From NCBI RefSeq assembly GCF_964213995.1, contig NC_135834.1:11222001-11286000 (forward strand): a stretch of DNA of 64,000 bases, read 5' to 3'. Below, piece after piece: positions 1-16,383 of this stretch (position 1 is the first letter of the stretch; the number at the start of each line of letters is the position of its first letter). A program made the position numbers and the translations under genes. The notes under the pieces were generated by a model that made no database searches, had not been told where the DNA came from, and saw only the letters and a list, made by a program, of their open reading frames with translations. This DNA is from Mustelus asterias (lineage: Eukaryota).

Positions 1-1029
1 TATTTGTGTTTCATGAACAAAATGTAAAATAAAATCCTTTTTGCTGTTGTATTAATCCAAAGTATATTTAGTTGGCAGTTTCTATTTATTATATTCAGCC
101 ACTGCTGTGCCAGTTTGCAGCTTTTAGACTTCACAAATGGAGTCTGGCTTTATCATTTCACATGCAGTTTCCAGCAATTGGATTCTTTATCTCCATTCTC
201 TATCCCCTCCCAGGGATCCCTGATCAATTGGACAACTACTGCAGCCACAATGATTGATCCTGGGGCCTTTCAAGTCCATATGTCACAGTACTACATCAGG
301 CGGCACATTTACAGACGAGGTCATCAGGGAGCTATAGCTATTTATTATCACCCTCTGAAAAAAATTAAGATTAAAAACTAAGATTGAATGTGGTATTTTT
401 AAAAATTGTGTCATGGTACATAAAATAATTGTTTCACTCACAGAAATCATACCCCACCTTTAATTGATGGGGTTTTTTGAGACAACTGTCTGAAGGAAGG
501 CTTAACCATTCAATTTTAGCGCTAACATCTTTTGTGATTTGATCAAAATTTTTTTTTATTCATTCATGGGACATGGTCGTCGCTGGGTGGCTGACCTGGA
601 AGTGTGTAAAATCTTGCAAGAACACTGCCTGACATCATCAGGCATGTGTGCAAATTCGAGGTTGAAAGGTGCGTGCGTGAATCTGCAGGAATTTTATGCT
701 GCTATTTCTAGCTCGTTGCACAGGCAAATGGGTGGACACTCATTGCGTTTTTGCATTTTCTCAACCAAGGGCGTGATAAAAGGCCTCTGGAGCAACAGTA
801 GTTTCTCTGTGATGGAGTTTGTAGCTGTGTGATTATAGAGTTTATTTTGAGTTTCCGAGTTATTGTTTAACATTTGAGACATAACATTCAGTATTTCAGG
901 ACTTCCCTGGAAGGTGTTCCTGAGGATTGGAGGACAGTGTTCCATCATTTGCAAGGCACTGGTCCTCTGCATCTGCTCCAATGCAGATAGTCTACTCTGC
1001 TGGTGGGACCTCCTCTGAAGGGGAAGATA

Positions 1030-2175
1030 GTGGGCAGGAGGGAGAGGAGGCAAGGTGAGCGCAGGCAGCATCCCAGGTAAAAGAAGAAGCACAGACTCAA
1101 TTGGTGCAGGGCCAGCAGGGAGGACAAGGTGGGAATGGACGCCAAAGGCACCAGTGGCTAGGGTATACAAGCCATGCACCACCTACCTGCCAATGTTTGA
1201 GATCCTGTGCCGCAGGAGGCTGCGCCTCTCCAGGGAAAATGACATTCCTTTGTAAGATGATAGGTCCTGAAATTGCCTCCACATGCCTGGGCAGTCACCC
1301 CATGCTGGTGATGTTCAAAGTCACAGTGGCCCTCTGCTTCCACACTTCAGGTTCGTTTCAGGGCTCAATGGGGGATTTGTGCAGTGTCTCACAAGCGGCC
1401 GCACACAGTTGTGTCAAGCTAGTGACCGATGCCACCTCCAGACATGCCCACAGCTATTGGAAATATGAGGGCAGCCAGATGGAGAGAGCACAAAGGTTTG
1501 AGGTGATGGTTGGTTCCTCTTCATCCAGGGTGACATAGAGTGCATGTATGAGACCTGTGGGAGGTCAGCAGTAGAGCTGGGAGCTTTCATCAACAGGAAG
1601 AGGTAACACTCATTGAATGTGCAGATTGTCTGTGATTGTCTGTGATTACAGGACACAGATTCTGAAAGTATGTGCCCATTGTCCAGGAAGTTCACATGAT
1701 TCATACATCCTGCGGCACTCCCAGGTCCCAAGGCTGTTTGTGGTTCCTGCAAGATTGGATGGATGGCTCCTGGGTGGCAAGGGCTATCCCTTGAAGAGGT
1801 GGTTTATGACCCCACACCATCACCCAAGGTTTGAGGCAGAGGAGAGATAATAACAGGAGTGATCCATCCACAATAGTGGTGTGAAGAGTATCATCGGGCT
1901 GCTCAACATACACTTCTGATGCCTTGACCGATCCAGGGGATCGTTGCAGTATCCACCGGAGTGTGTCTCTCTCATAGAAGTCATGTGCTGGGCCCTGCAC
2001 AATCTTGCTCTAACAAGGGGGACCCAGTGCAGGCTGAGGAGAGTGAGGCAGGACCAAAGGCCAGGGAGGATGACTCCAGTGATGGATCAGAGGATGAACC
2101 TGGGATCGCACAGTAAGGACTTTGAGGCAGACGAAATGAACATTCAGGGGGCAAGGACACAAGAGATGCATTGAT
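1030..2175 (+). mobile_element. PIF/Harbinger DDE transposase (HARBI1-like), decayed
   Basis: Frameshifted motifs VTVALCFHTSGSFQ..DLCSVSQAAAHSC, HSLNVQIVC, CPGSSHDSYIL, GWLLGGKGYPLKRWFMTP and LQYPPECVSLIEVMCWALHNLA, in the order expected for Harbinger transposases. Confidence 0.85.
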
Positions 2176-2441
2176 CCAATGAATCTCATCTAGGCATCAA
2201 AGGCATGGAGACTGACTCAATCAAATGTTTCACTTGCTCTAAAACTTTCCTTCAGAGCCCAACCCAGAAAACCTGCACCTCACAAAGCCCTTAGCTTACA
2301 AGCCTGTGTAACATCTGACCAATATACAAGACATGCAGGCAACTCGCCCCATTGATTTGAGGAACATGTTTACGTGACTTCATTTAAACCTAAGAACAAC
2401 ATACAAATATTTCAAACCTAACAGAAAATTCAAAGTAATGA

Positions 2442-2726
2442 ACGGTGGCACAGTGGTTAGCACTGCTGCTTCACAGCGCCAGGGACCTAGGTTCAATTCC
2501 CGCTTGGGTCACTGTCTGTGTGGAGTTTGCACGTTCTCCCCGTGTCTGCGTGGGTTTCCTCCCACAGTCCGAAAGACGTGTTGGTTAGGTGGATTGGCCA
2601 TGCTAAATTACCCCTCAGTGTACCCGAACAGGCGCCGGAGTGTGGCGACTAGAGGATTATCACAGTAACTTCATTGCAGTGTTTATGTAAACCTACTTGT
2701 GACACGAATAAATAAACTAAAACTAA
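2442..2726 (+). mobile_element. tRNA-derived SINE (elasmobranch HE1/V-SINE-like) inserted in the Harbinger relic
   Basis: Head TGGCACAGTGGTTAGCACTGCTGC..GGTTCAATTCCC (A/B boxes), body GTGTGGAGTTTGCACGTTCTCCCCGTGTCTGCGTGGGTTTCC, tail ending AATAAATAAACT. Confidence 0.85.
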
Positions 2727-2759
2727 TGTCCCTGTTGTGCTTAAGGTTTCTTAAACTTA

Positions 2760-4400
2760 CACTTGCAGGTGCTGCATCTTGGTGCCACACCCCACGCCCT
2801 CCTCCCCCTCCCATTCCCCAGAAATGACAGACAGCTCATCTGCCAGCATGAGGTGCGTGTCCACCTCCCTGTTCACCATTGATGGACGAGCACTTGACAG
2901 AGAGGCTAGGTGCCTCATCCATCTCTCACACTTGTTCACCTTCAGAGATCACAGTTGGTGTGCTAGATTGCAGGTGTGAGCATGAACCCTGGAAGCCCCG
3001 AAGGTGTCCCTGAAGCAGCCTTTCCACAAGAATCGTCACTCTTTCAATAGAGGAGACTGTGTGCTCAATGCTCATGGTCAAATCAACGCTCATGTTCTGC
3101 ATGGACTCCTCAATGACAGACGCCATGACACACAGACCCTAATAGATTTCTGCCAGATGTTCCCATGGGTCCCGCTGGACGTAAAGCATCTACCCCTGAT
3201 GGACATCTCCAGAGGCTCGTCATTTGCCTTGGACTCAGCATGGCCCTGATTCTCCAGCAATGCTCCCACTGTGGGCACCTTAGGACCTCTCTGCCTCTGC
3301 CACCTCCTCCTGCCAGTGTCATGTGCCCAGGAGGCGACGACCTAATGCCCACCGACATGTAACTAACTATCTGCGCTGGTGCCTAGTTCTGAGAGAGGGT
3401 GTGACATTTCTGCAGGTGGGGTGTCTTCCTCAGAGTACTGAGGGTGGTCCTCGGGGTGGCCCCGGGCATTGGCAGATGATGTATCTGCAGGAGGAAGCAA
3501 ACATATCAGTCATTACTTATTCATTGTGCATGCTAGGTGGGTAGATGACAAAATGGAGACAATCTGTATCGTGCCCTCTCCACTGCAGCTTCAATGGGCA
3601 GTGTCGCTGCGACATTGCTATATGAAACAAGAGGACCCCAATAATGTTTGCAGGACCTGCCACACGAAAAACTGTGCACTACATTCTTACCTTCAGCTGT
3701 GACCCCCACTTCACCACAACCAGTGCGGGCAGTGGAAATCTAGCTTGAATACCTCGCTCTCAAACCTGGTGAGGATGCTCAGGTTTGGCACCGCACCTCC
3801 CATCCTTCTCCTCTCTGCTGCATTCTGGCTTCCCTTCTCCTGAAATTGACAAACAAATTGCATCATCAGTATACCCTCATCCTGAAGATCCATTCATGGA
3901 GGTGAGGCCTCCCACTCCCAAATGCCAGCTAGCTGGCCATGTCACTATGGGACACCTCACTCTCCAATGTGCAGAGGCCAAGCGGTCAGACATCTCAGCC
4001 TTGGCATTGTACACTTCAGTGCCAGTTGTCACATACCACCTTACAATCTTACCCAATCTGGGGAACAGGCACCGGACTACATTTCTCCACACAGGTCCAT
4101 GCCATCCACTTACCCTTGCCAACCGCAGCAGATCATTGAACCTCTCGCAGCGAGGCACCCAGGTATGGAGCACCATGTTGTGTCGACTGACCTGGGCGGC
4201 CACATCACTCCTAGACTTCTTCGTAAGTTGGGCAGCATTCTCCTGCTGTCCCTGGGCATCAGACTGTTCCGCTTGGCTGTTACTTCTTGGACAAGAAACG
4301 GGGGGCCATATGCCGACCAGAATTCTCCTGTCGTCTCCCACGGCTGCCAGTTGCTGAGGTCGTTGCCATATAAGTGTCTGCTTTCAGCACTTGATTGTCA
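2760..4400 (-). mobile_element. Second Harbinger gene (Myb/SANT-trihelix DNA-binding protein), decayed, convergent with the transposase
   Basis: ORF 3877..4341(-) contains DVAAQVSRHNMVLHTWVPRCERFNDLLR, resembling the trihelix VA..VS.....R.W.QC.KRFNDL pattern. The two-gene layout is typical of Harbinger. Limits approximate. Confidence 0.6.
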
Positions 4401-4965
4401 AAGCTCTCTCAGTCTCCCAGGCACATCCTGGCTGTATTCATGGAGCTGCCCCTGCACTTTTTAAAGCCACCCACTGGGTCCCCATTGGATCTGGCACCCG
4501 ATGTGTCCCCGGCCCCACCTGCACAGAGACCCATCTGAGAATGCATTTCACGCTGCATCATAATCCACTCCAGCTTCACAGATTTTATGAATAAAGTCGA
4601 TTTTTTGAAACAGAATATGCTTAACTGAAAATTCTTTTTTGGGAAAATAGTTCTTTAAACTAATTTGGCTCCAATCTTTTTGTGAAGGTATTTATCAGCA
4701 TGAGAGTAATCTTCACCATCATTTGGGCAGTATTCTGGTGCAGTGGATTATCCATCATTGTAGAACCTGCCTTGTTTTCATCTCATTAATTTTGCCCCCA
4801 ATTCCCCCTGCCACATCTTGTTCGAATTGGAGCATCTTCCTGAAGAGAATTACACCAGCCAGTAAATTTCCATAGACAGTGAGAAAAAGAAAGTCGCTCA
4901 CAGGAAAATGATTTATATCATAGTTTAGCGCAGCAGATGTAAATTGTAGTGACACTGCTACCCAC

Positions 4966-5422
4966 TGAGCCATGGCTAACACCACTTTTGCCACTGAATC
5001 TGAAGGTCAAAGGTTCAAGTTCCACTCCAGAGACTTGAGCCCATAATTTAGGCTGACTCTCCCAGTGCAGTACTGAGGGAGTGCTGCATTGATTGAGGCA
5101 CCATATTTCAGATGAGCCCTGACCGAGACCTCACCTGCCCTGCAAGATGGGTGTAAAAGGTCCCAGGGCACTATATTAAGAAGAGTAGGGCAGTTCTCCC
5201 CAGTGTCCTTGCTAATATTTATTGTTTAACCAACATAATTGAAAACAGGTTTGCCTGGTTATTATCACATTGCTGTTTGTAGAAGCTTGATGGACACAAA
5301 TTGGTTACTGTGCTTTCTACACTACAACAATAATGACAACTCAAAAGTATTTTGATGGCTGTAAAGTGCTTGGGAGATCCTGAGGTTGTGAAAGGTGCTA
5401 TAGAAATGTAAGTTCTTTCTCA
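4966..5422 (+). mobile_element. Deu-domain SINE (SacSINE1-like)
   Basis: GGTTCAAGT B-box, GTGCAGTACTGAGGGAGTGCTGCA, TTATCACATTGCTGTTTGT and tail GAAAGGTGCTATAGAAATG; second copy at 17832-18295. Confidence 0.75.
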
Positions 5423-6716
5423 CTAGCCAAACCAAGCTAAGCTAATACAATCCGATTCTGAGACATTCTCTTTAACATCTTGCTGAAAACTAAAAGACAT
5501 TGCACAATTATAAAGGGATATTGAATACGGAAAGTGGCTACAATAACCTAAAAATTGAATTGCAAATGTGGTTACAGTTTTATGGATGTGACAGCAGTCA
5601 CATGCTCCAATGTGATAAAGGAGGCTTACAACCCACCAGGGTGCCAAGACAGTCTCTATGGCGACAGAGCTATTCATCTCCTAGCAACCGGATTGAAGAA
5701 TCGACTGTCCACTCTAATTAACTTTCCAGCATGCAATCTGGAAGAGGCAAGGTGCGGTGGGATTACCGATAGTGGCATGTCTGATGTGCTCTTGAAAAAC
5801 CAGTGAACAAAAGAACTGTGGAAAATAATTCAATTGTTTGTCCTTTTGTTTTATTGCAGAGAAATCTAAAATTAAAAAGGAAAAGTGTCGATTTCATCAA
5901 AAACTCCTGACCAAAACCATGATTCACATTTCCAATTACCTATCTGTCAATTTCATAAACTCAAGAGTCAGCAAGTATTGATCGGTACCAATTCAGTCAG
6001 AATCAATAGCATTGGTGAACAGATTACTGCAGCAACATCTTGAAGATGGTTGTGGCTCCCTCAGTAGGCCAGTGGATAAATGCACCATCCAGTGTCAGCC
6101 AGAAAGTACAAACAAGGAAGATCCTTCTGAATTATCTGGGCAGCAAAAAGGGTACTTCAGTGTCTCCAGACTAAAGAAAGTCAATCAAGCTTTCTGCTTT
6201 CTTCAGTGACTCCTGCTAGAAAGTACACATGGATATCAGATGAGCATATTGTCCGACCTATGGTTGAACCACCTTCCAAATCCCACCATCTAGAATTACA
6301 CAGAAATCAGAGCCCACAAGGGGTGGTGGGTAAATGGGACTTGATGTGAGTTTGGAAACGGACAGCGGGATTTTGGATGCCCAGAAGTCAATTTAACATA
6401 TTGTAATTTGATTTAAGGGATCAAAGAACTGGTTGTATGTCATTCTACATTTGCTCCTGGTCCACCAACAATTCAGTTATAAAATGCTCATCCTTGTATA
6501 CAAATCTATTCATCCCTTCCGTAGCCTCACCCCTCCCTATCTCTGTACCCTTCTCCAGCCCTCCAAGGATTGTATGTTCCTCCAACTCTGGCCTCTTTTG
6601 TATCCTCCACTTGCTTCATCCACCATAGGTTACTGGGTCTAGAACCATCTATGCCCCAAGTTCTGGAATTGTTTCCAGCAAACCTACCTCTCTATCCTGC
6701 TTTAAGACACCTTTGG

Positions 6717-7093
6717 GACGACACGGTGGCACAGTGGTTAGCACTGCTGCCTCACAGCCAAGAAGCCTCACAGCTCCAGGGACCCGGGTTCGATTCCCGG
6801 TGTGGGTCACTGACTGTGTGGAATTTGTCCCCGTGTCTGCGTGGGTTACTGTGAAAATCCCCTAGTCGCCACACTCCGGCGCCTGTTCGGGTACACTGAA
6901 GGAGAATTTAGCATGGCCAATGCACCTAACCAGCACGTCTTTCGGACTATGGGAGGAAATCGGAGCACCCGGAGGAAACCCACACAGACACAAGGAGAAC
7001 ATGCAAACTTCACACAGACAGTGACCCAAGCCGGGAATCGAAACTGGGTCCCTGGCGCTGTGAGGCAGCAGTGCTCACCACTGTGCCACCGTT
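6717..7093. mobile_element. Two tRNA-SINE copies fused tail-to-tail (+ 6717-6847, - 6845-7093)
   Basis: Starts ACGGTGGCACAGTGGTTAGCAC and ends with the near reverse complement GTGCTCACCACTGTGCCACCGT; orientation switches near 6846. Confidence 0.8.
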
Positions 7094-7716
7094 ACTGAAT
7101 ATTTGAGAGTCTTCCCCTTCATTAGACCATTATTGCAGAAACATCTGAGATGAATCAGATGAAATAGAACCACTTATAATGAGTTTGCTGATCTGGGGGG
7201 AGGGGGTTGGAATGGAGCGGAGATATAGGTGCTAAATTGGCTTCAGACTCAAAAAGCCAAGATCTGCATTTAGGGAAATCAACCAAAGTTCCCACTCCAT
7301 ACATGAAAATTGTGATATCACAATTGTGTAGGTTTACATACCAGAAAATGATTGACAGGCTCGGTCACTTTTCTCTTGAATAAGTAAGGTTGAGGGGCGA
7401 CCGACTAGAGGTCTTTATAATTCTGAAAGGTTTTTGGGGTGAATGGCCTTTTTCTGTGCCCTATTATTCTGTGTTACTCTATATAACGCTACGCAGAAAC
7501 TCTTGCTGGAGGTAAATATATGAATAGTGAGATAGCATAAGATAAGGCTGTGTTGTACCCTCACACTCCCAACCATGGCAAGTGAAGGATGGCCCTCTGG
7601 ATGAACTTTGCTCTGCCTGTGGTACTGTACCCTATCAAGGATCTTTAAAAGAGTCAAAAGGGAGACAAACAAATTAAATTTGCCTCTGTGCATTGACTGG
7701 ACATTATTTATTGCAG

Positions 7717-7946
7717 CCAAAAGAGAAAATGCTGGAAAATCTCAGCAGGTCTGGCAGCATCTGTAAGGAGAGAAAAGAGCTGACGTTTCGAGTCCAGATG
7801 ACCCTTTGTCAAAGCTTTGACAAAGGGTCGTCTGGACTCGAAATGTCAGCTCGTTTCTCTTTTTACAGATGCTGCCAGACCTGCTGAGATTTTCCAGCAT
7901 TTTCTCTTTTGGTTTCAGATTCCAGCATCCGCAGTAATTTGCTTTT
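7717..7946 (+). mobile_element. Penelope-like (PLE) fold-back mini-insertion, family A
   Basis: Near-perfect 98 bp inverted arms 7717-7814/7815-7912 centred on AAAGCTTT, then a ~35 nt unpaired tail; direct repeat ATTATTTATTGCAGC at 7703-7717 and 7947-7961. Confidence 0.75.
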
Positions 7947-8029
7947 ATTATTTATTGCAGCTCAGGTACAAACCTGCAAGAAATAACATGTAGGTGGACT
8001 AGGGGGCAATGTAAATTTATCATTTTTAA

Positions 8030-8610
8030 ACATTTATTTGTTCACGGGATGTAGATGTCGCTGGCTAGACCAGCATTTGCCCATCCCTAACTGCCCTTGT
8101 GGTAAGCCACCATCTTGAACTGCTGCAGTCCATGTGGTGTAGGTACACCCACAGTACTGTTCGGAAGAGGGTTCCGGGATTTTGACCCAGCGACAGTGAA
8201 GGAATGGTGATATGGTTCCAAGTCAGGATGATGTGTGGCTTGAAGGGGAAATTGCAGGTGGAGGTATTCTCATGCATCTGCTGCCTTTCTTTAAGGTGAT
8301 AGAGATTGAGAGTTTAGAAGGCGCTGTCAATGGAGCCTTGGTGAGTTGCTGCAGTTGAGGGCAGTAGGGCTACTTTGTCCTGGATGGTGTTGAGCCCCTT
8401 GAGTGTTGTTGGAGCTGCACCTATCCAGGCAAGTGGAGAGTATTCCATCACACTCCTGACTTGTGCCTTGTAGTTGGTGGACAGGCTTTGGGGGGTCAGG
8501 AGGTGAGTTACTCACTGCAGAATTCCCAGCCTCTGACCAATCTTGTAGCCACAGTATTTATATGGCTAGTAATTCAGTTTCTGCTCAATAGTAACTCACA
8601 GGATGTTGAT
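8030..8610 (-). mobile_element. Old CR1-type LINE 3' fragment
   Basis: 3' end CATTTGCCCATCCCTAACTGCCCTTG and degenerate RT C-terminal sequence; related pieces at 16090-19320 and 25425-25750. Confidence 0.65.
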
Positions 8611-10420
8611 TTCATGTTCAGGTTTGCACAACCAATCAGAGGGACAAATAAAGTCAGGTGCAATCGATCATTATTATGCCTTGGTGCTCGCTAGTCCAGA
8701 TGTTGTTAAGTATGGCGAAGTTATGACGTGGAAATAGATTAAAATGTCTTTGAAATCATTGTGATAATCTAATAATGTCACAGGTTCCAGTTGGATCCGA
8801 ATACTTTGCACACTCTTCCAACAAAATGTATGTGTTGCGAAGAATAGTTACTTGGGCAAAGTAGCAAATGGTCTCAATCACCCTTTGTGGTTGCCTGGAG
8901 TCCTCACCCTGAGAAGAGGAGGAATAAAGGGAAAAATCTGAGGATAAATTGAAGAGAATAAAAAAATCACCGCAGTATGAATCACATGGTACAATATTAC
9001 TGCAGTATGAGTCACATGGTACACAGGAGCCATCCCTTCTTTTGAAACGGATAAACTTTAACAGGGCGAACAATAACTTCAGAAAATGTTACGGTGTTAT
9101 TGTTAGCCCGTATAATAAAGAAACAGAAGCTGGACTTCCATTTTAGACAGGCACATATTTGTGATCAGATGACATTAACAAATCGATCTACCTTCACTAT
9201 AGTCGTTTATACTCTCTGAACCTCTCGATCTCTTGTAACAAACTCCTTTCCAATCTATGCGTTTTGGTTGATAGATACAATTGAAGCTTACACCTGGCTG
9301 CTGTCTCGTGTTGTAATCAGCTGTATGCCTTCTCTGCCAGCAGAAAAACGACATCCCCATACTAAAGCACATTTAGTGGTGTGTAGAACGTTCCTCTCTT
9401 TTCGGAATTGTTAAACCTTTGGACACCAAAGATCACCTGAAATGTAAAGTCGCTAAATAATTGGGCAGGGTACTGGGAAATTGTGCTAAAATGACCTATT
9501 TATATAACTTGACGAAATCAGAATCAGGCTGCAAATTAAGTAGTTCTGCACTGACATACCTGCAGAACAAAAGACTGCCTTGCAAGCATGACAAAAATCT
9601 CCCCGCCCCGCCCCGCCCCGTCGTCAGTTCTGTAACATGGAACAATACCGATTAAAAAAACAAAGTTGCTCAACTGAGAAATGGGTTTTATTTTATCCCA
9701 CTACCGGCAATATTTGCTGGGAAGTGTATAGGGTGTGACAAGAACAGAGAAGGCGCCGTTAGCATTAGAGAGTGCTGGACGAATTGCAACATGTAGAGCG
9801 TTTTCTGCTACATTGAGAGAAGAGGCAATTCAGCCTCAACTCGTTACAAATGAGACAAAGAAGCCAGGGTCGTAAACGTTTTAGGTTATCGTATTCATGT
9901 TGCAGTAACCTGTAAATAAAATAGTACAATTTTACATTCGGGTTCTAGTAGTGCAATGTTGGAATTAAGTGATTAATCCATCGGCGTGGTTTATATTGCA
10001 TTTTGTATAAAATATTGCATTAGTCGTTGGGAAGGGAAAAGTATTTTTGTCAAAGAAATGGAGACGTATCTTCATAAATTATAGCAATCTTAATGTTTCA
10101 ATGGAAAGAATAGCCAGAAAATTATTTATTTTTTAAATTGGTATTTATAATTTGTCCAATCGTTTCCTTCATCTTATGAGCAGTTCCAGTAATGCGCTTT
10201 CCAGTATCAAATTAACAATGAAAGGATATTTACATTTATTTTTATAAGACGGGACAATTTTGCCGTTTTATAAGTATGGCGGTTTAAATAATTGTTAAGA
10301 TGTTTTACGTTTCAAAAAGCTGAATCTTACATTGTTTCATTCTCCCAGTTTTATGGTGTTTTATCAAATGTCAGTCTTTGTTCGGAACCACAAGTGGTCA
10401 AGGCGATTAGCCTATTCAGG

Positions 10421-10570
10421 AGCCAATCAAGACCCCCGAGGCACCTCACGGAGGCTGTATCCTCCTATCAGAGAGTCGACATTATGGTGGTTCCCCGTCA
10501 CTCAAACTCCATTTCTCCAATGAGAGTGGGAGCGCTGCCCAGGTCCCGCAGTCTGGTCCTAGTATAAGAA
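10421..10570 (+). promoter_or_regulatory. Core promoter of alpha-tubulin gene 1
   Basis: CCAAT at 10423 and 10517, TATAAGA at 10563, about 135 nt upstream of the ATG. Confidence 0.7.
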
Positions 10571-10697
10571 CATGTCTCTCCCATCTGAATTGTAGGTTTT
10601 TTCTTACGACGACCCGTAAAAGTCGCGCTGTAGGAAGAAGTCGCTCAAGCCTTCTCTTTATTCCATTTGTTTTGTCTACTATCAAGGACCAGGCATC

Positions 10698-14543
<3,846 letters not shown>

Positions 14544-15034
14544 AATGTTTTTCACATCACAATATGGTGCTGCTGTAACAGGGAACCAAGATAAAATAAT
14601 AAAACAGTGTGAGTTAAATGAATTGTAACTGATGATTAACCAATTTGAAGTAGTGTCCTTCAATTTGCTAATCATCAAGTTACACACTGCTGCATAAGTC
14701 ATGTCCATTATTGTTCAGTCACACCTGAAATGATGTTTGCATTCCATATTTATTTTAAAAAAGCATACTCTGGTGTTTTTTACAATTATTCTTCTACCCA
14801 GCTTTTGAGTCTCTTGTGCTGCATCATTATGCCAAGCCTCCTCAATTGACCTCGACTGGCTTTAGGTCAGTGGATAGCTGGGCTTTTCATTATTTTAAAC
14901 AAGGTGTGATTGAATTTTTAACTTGCATTATTAGTTATAATCTGTAGCAATGTAAATTGAGATTGCTGTGCAGCATTGCAAAACCAACTTCTGTTGCAAA
15001 TGTAACTCACATGTTCTCTCTTTATTGCTTTCTC

Positions 15035-15040
15035 AATAAA
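15035..15040 (+). terminator. Probable polyadenylation signal of gene 1
   Basis: AATAAA in the context TCAATAAA..AGATCCCTGT, conserved at 31088-31093 after gene 2; a more proximal AATAAA is at 14598. Confidence 0.6.
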
Positions 15041-15324
15041 TAAGATCCCTGTCTTCATCTGCCTCATTGCATTTTAATATTTATTAAATATATTTATTTT
15101 CCACTGGCACTCATTAGGTACTAGAGCACAACAAATGCTGGCGTTTTTGGTGTTAAATGGGACTTGAATAGCGCAGCTACCAATTTTTATGCTTGGAAAT
15201 CCCAAAATACCATCTGAAATTAATTCAAACCATTAATTTCTTAGATTAGACAGGAGCTCAAACACAATCCTTATATTCTAGATAGTTAAAATTGTCTTCA
15301 ATACTTAATTACCTAGATACTTAA

Positions 15325-15735
15325 ATACAAATTAGGAGCAGGAGTTGGCCACTTGGTCCCTCGAGTCTGCTCCATCATTCAATGAAATTATGGCAGATCT
15401 GATTGGAACCTCAAGTCCATATTCCCACCTACCCCCGAGTCTCACCCCTTCGCTTAACAATCTATCTCTTTCTGCTTAAAAATATTCAAAGATTTGTCTT
15501 TGATTTCTTCACCCAGATGAATCAGCCTGTGGAATTTGCTACCACAGAAAGTAGTTGAGGTCAAAACATTGTATCTTTTCAAGAAGCAGTTAGATATAAC
15601 ACTTGCGGCAAATGTGATCAAAGGATATGGGGGGAAGGTGGGATCAGATTGAGTTGGATGATCATGATGATTGGCGGAGCAAGCTCGAAGGGCCAATTGG
15701 CCGCCTCCTGCTCTTATTTTCCATGTTTCTATGTG
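15325..15735. mobile_element. CR1 LINE 3'-end fragments in both orientations
   Basis: AGGAGCAGGAGTTGGCCAC..CTCGAG (- strand) and CTCGAAGGGCCAATTGGCC..CTCCTGCTC (+ strand) CR1 3' hairpin motifs. Confidence 0.65.
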
Positions 15736-16383
15736 GTCTCGCCAATGCCTTGTATAACGAGCATAATCTCCCTACTTTTGTATTCAATTCTATTTAAATT
15801 CAACAGGCTGGGTTGCGACATGAATTTTTAATATATAATATTTTATATAAATGTTGCCATATTCCTAGCATACCAAAGAATGGAATAGACTCCCTGAGAA
15901 GGGGAACTGAGATTACAGCCATTTGGCTGATAAAACCTAAAAATAGGTACAAACTTATGGTCGCAATTTGTGACCTTTTTATTAAATTCTATCTCGGGCT
16001 GGGATTTAGTTCCCTAGCATACAGTCTATCTTCTCAACTGTCTCAACTCTTCATGTGAGCTTCAAGTGTGAAAAGCCAATATCTAAATATATTTAGGATG
16101 TAGATGTCGCTAGTAAGGCCAGTATTTACTCCCCGCCCCTAGCTGCTCTTGAGAAGATACGTGGTTGGGGCTGCACTCATCCAGACAAGTCAAGAGTATC
16201 CCATCTCCTGACTTGTGTCTTGTAAGTGATGAAGTGAGTCACTTGCAGCAGAATACACAGAATCTGACCTGCTTTTGTAGTTATGGTGTATATATATGTC
16301 TGGTTCAGTAAAGTTTCTTGTCAATGGCAACTCCTAGGATGTTGGTGAGAAATCCAGCCATGGTTATGCTGTTCACTGTCCAA

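Noticed and set aside
2442-2510. tRNA-like A/B boxes here and at other SINE heads
   Set aside because: They run straight into SINE body sequence with no complete cloverleaf, so they are not tRNA genes.
5500-6230. Possible exons of another host gene (acceptor-like TTTTATTGCAG near 5858)
   Set aside because: Short frames with stops and no recognisable protein family.
9130-9640. Faint similarity between the gene 1 upstream region and 26180-26830
   Set aside because: Matches are short and AT-rich; not distinguishable from chance without an alignment.
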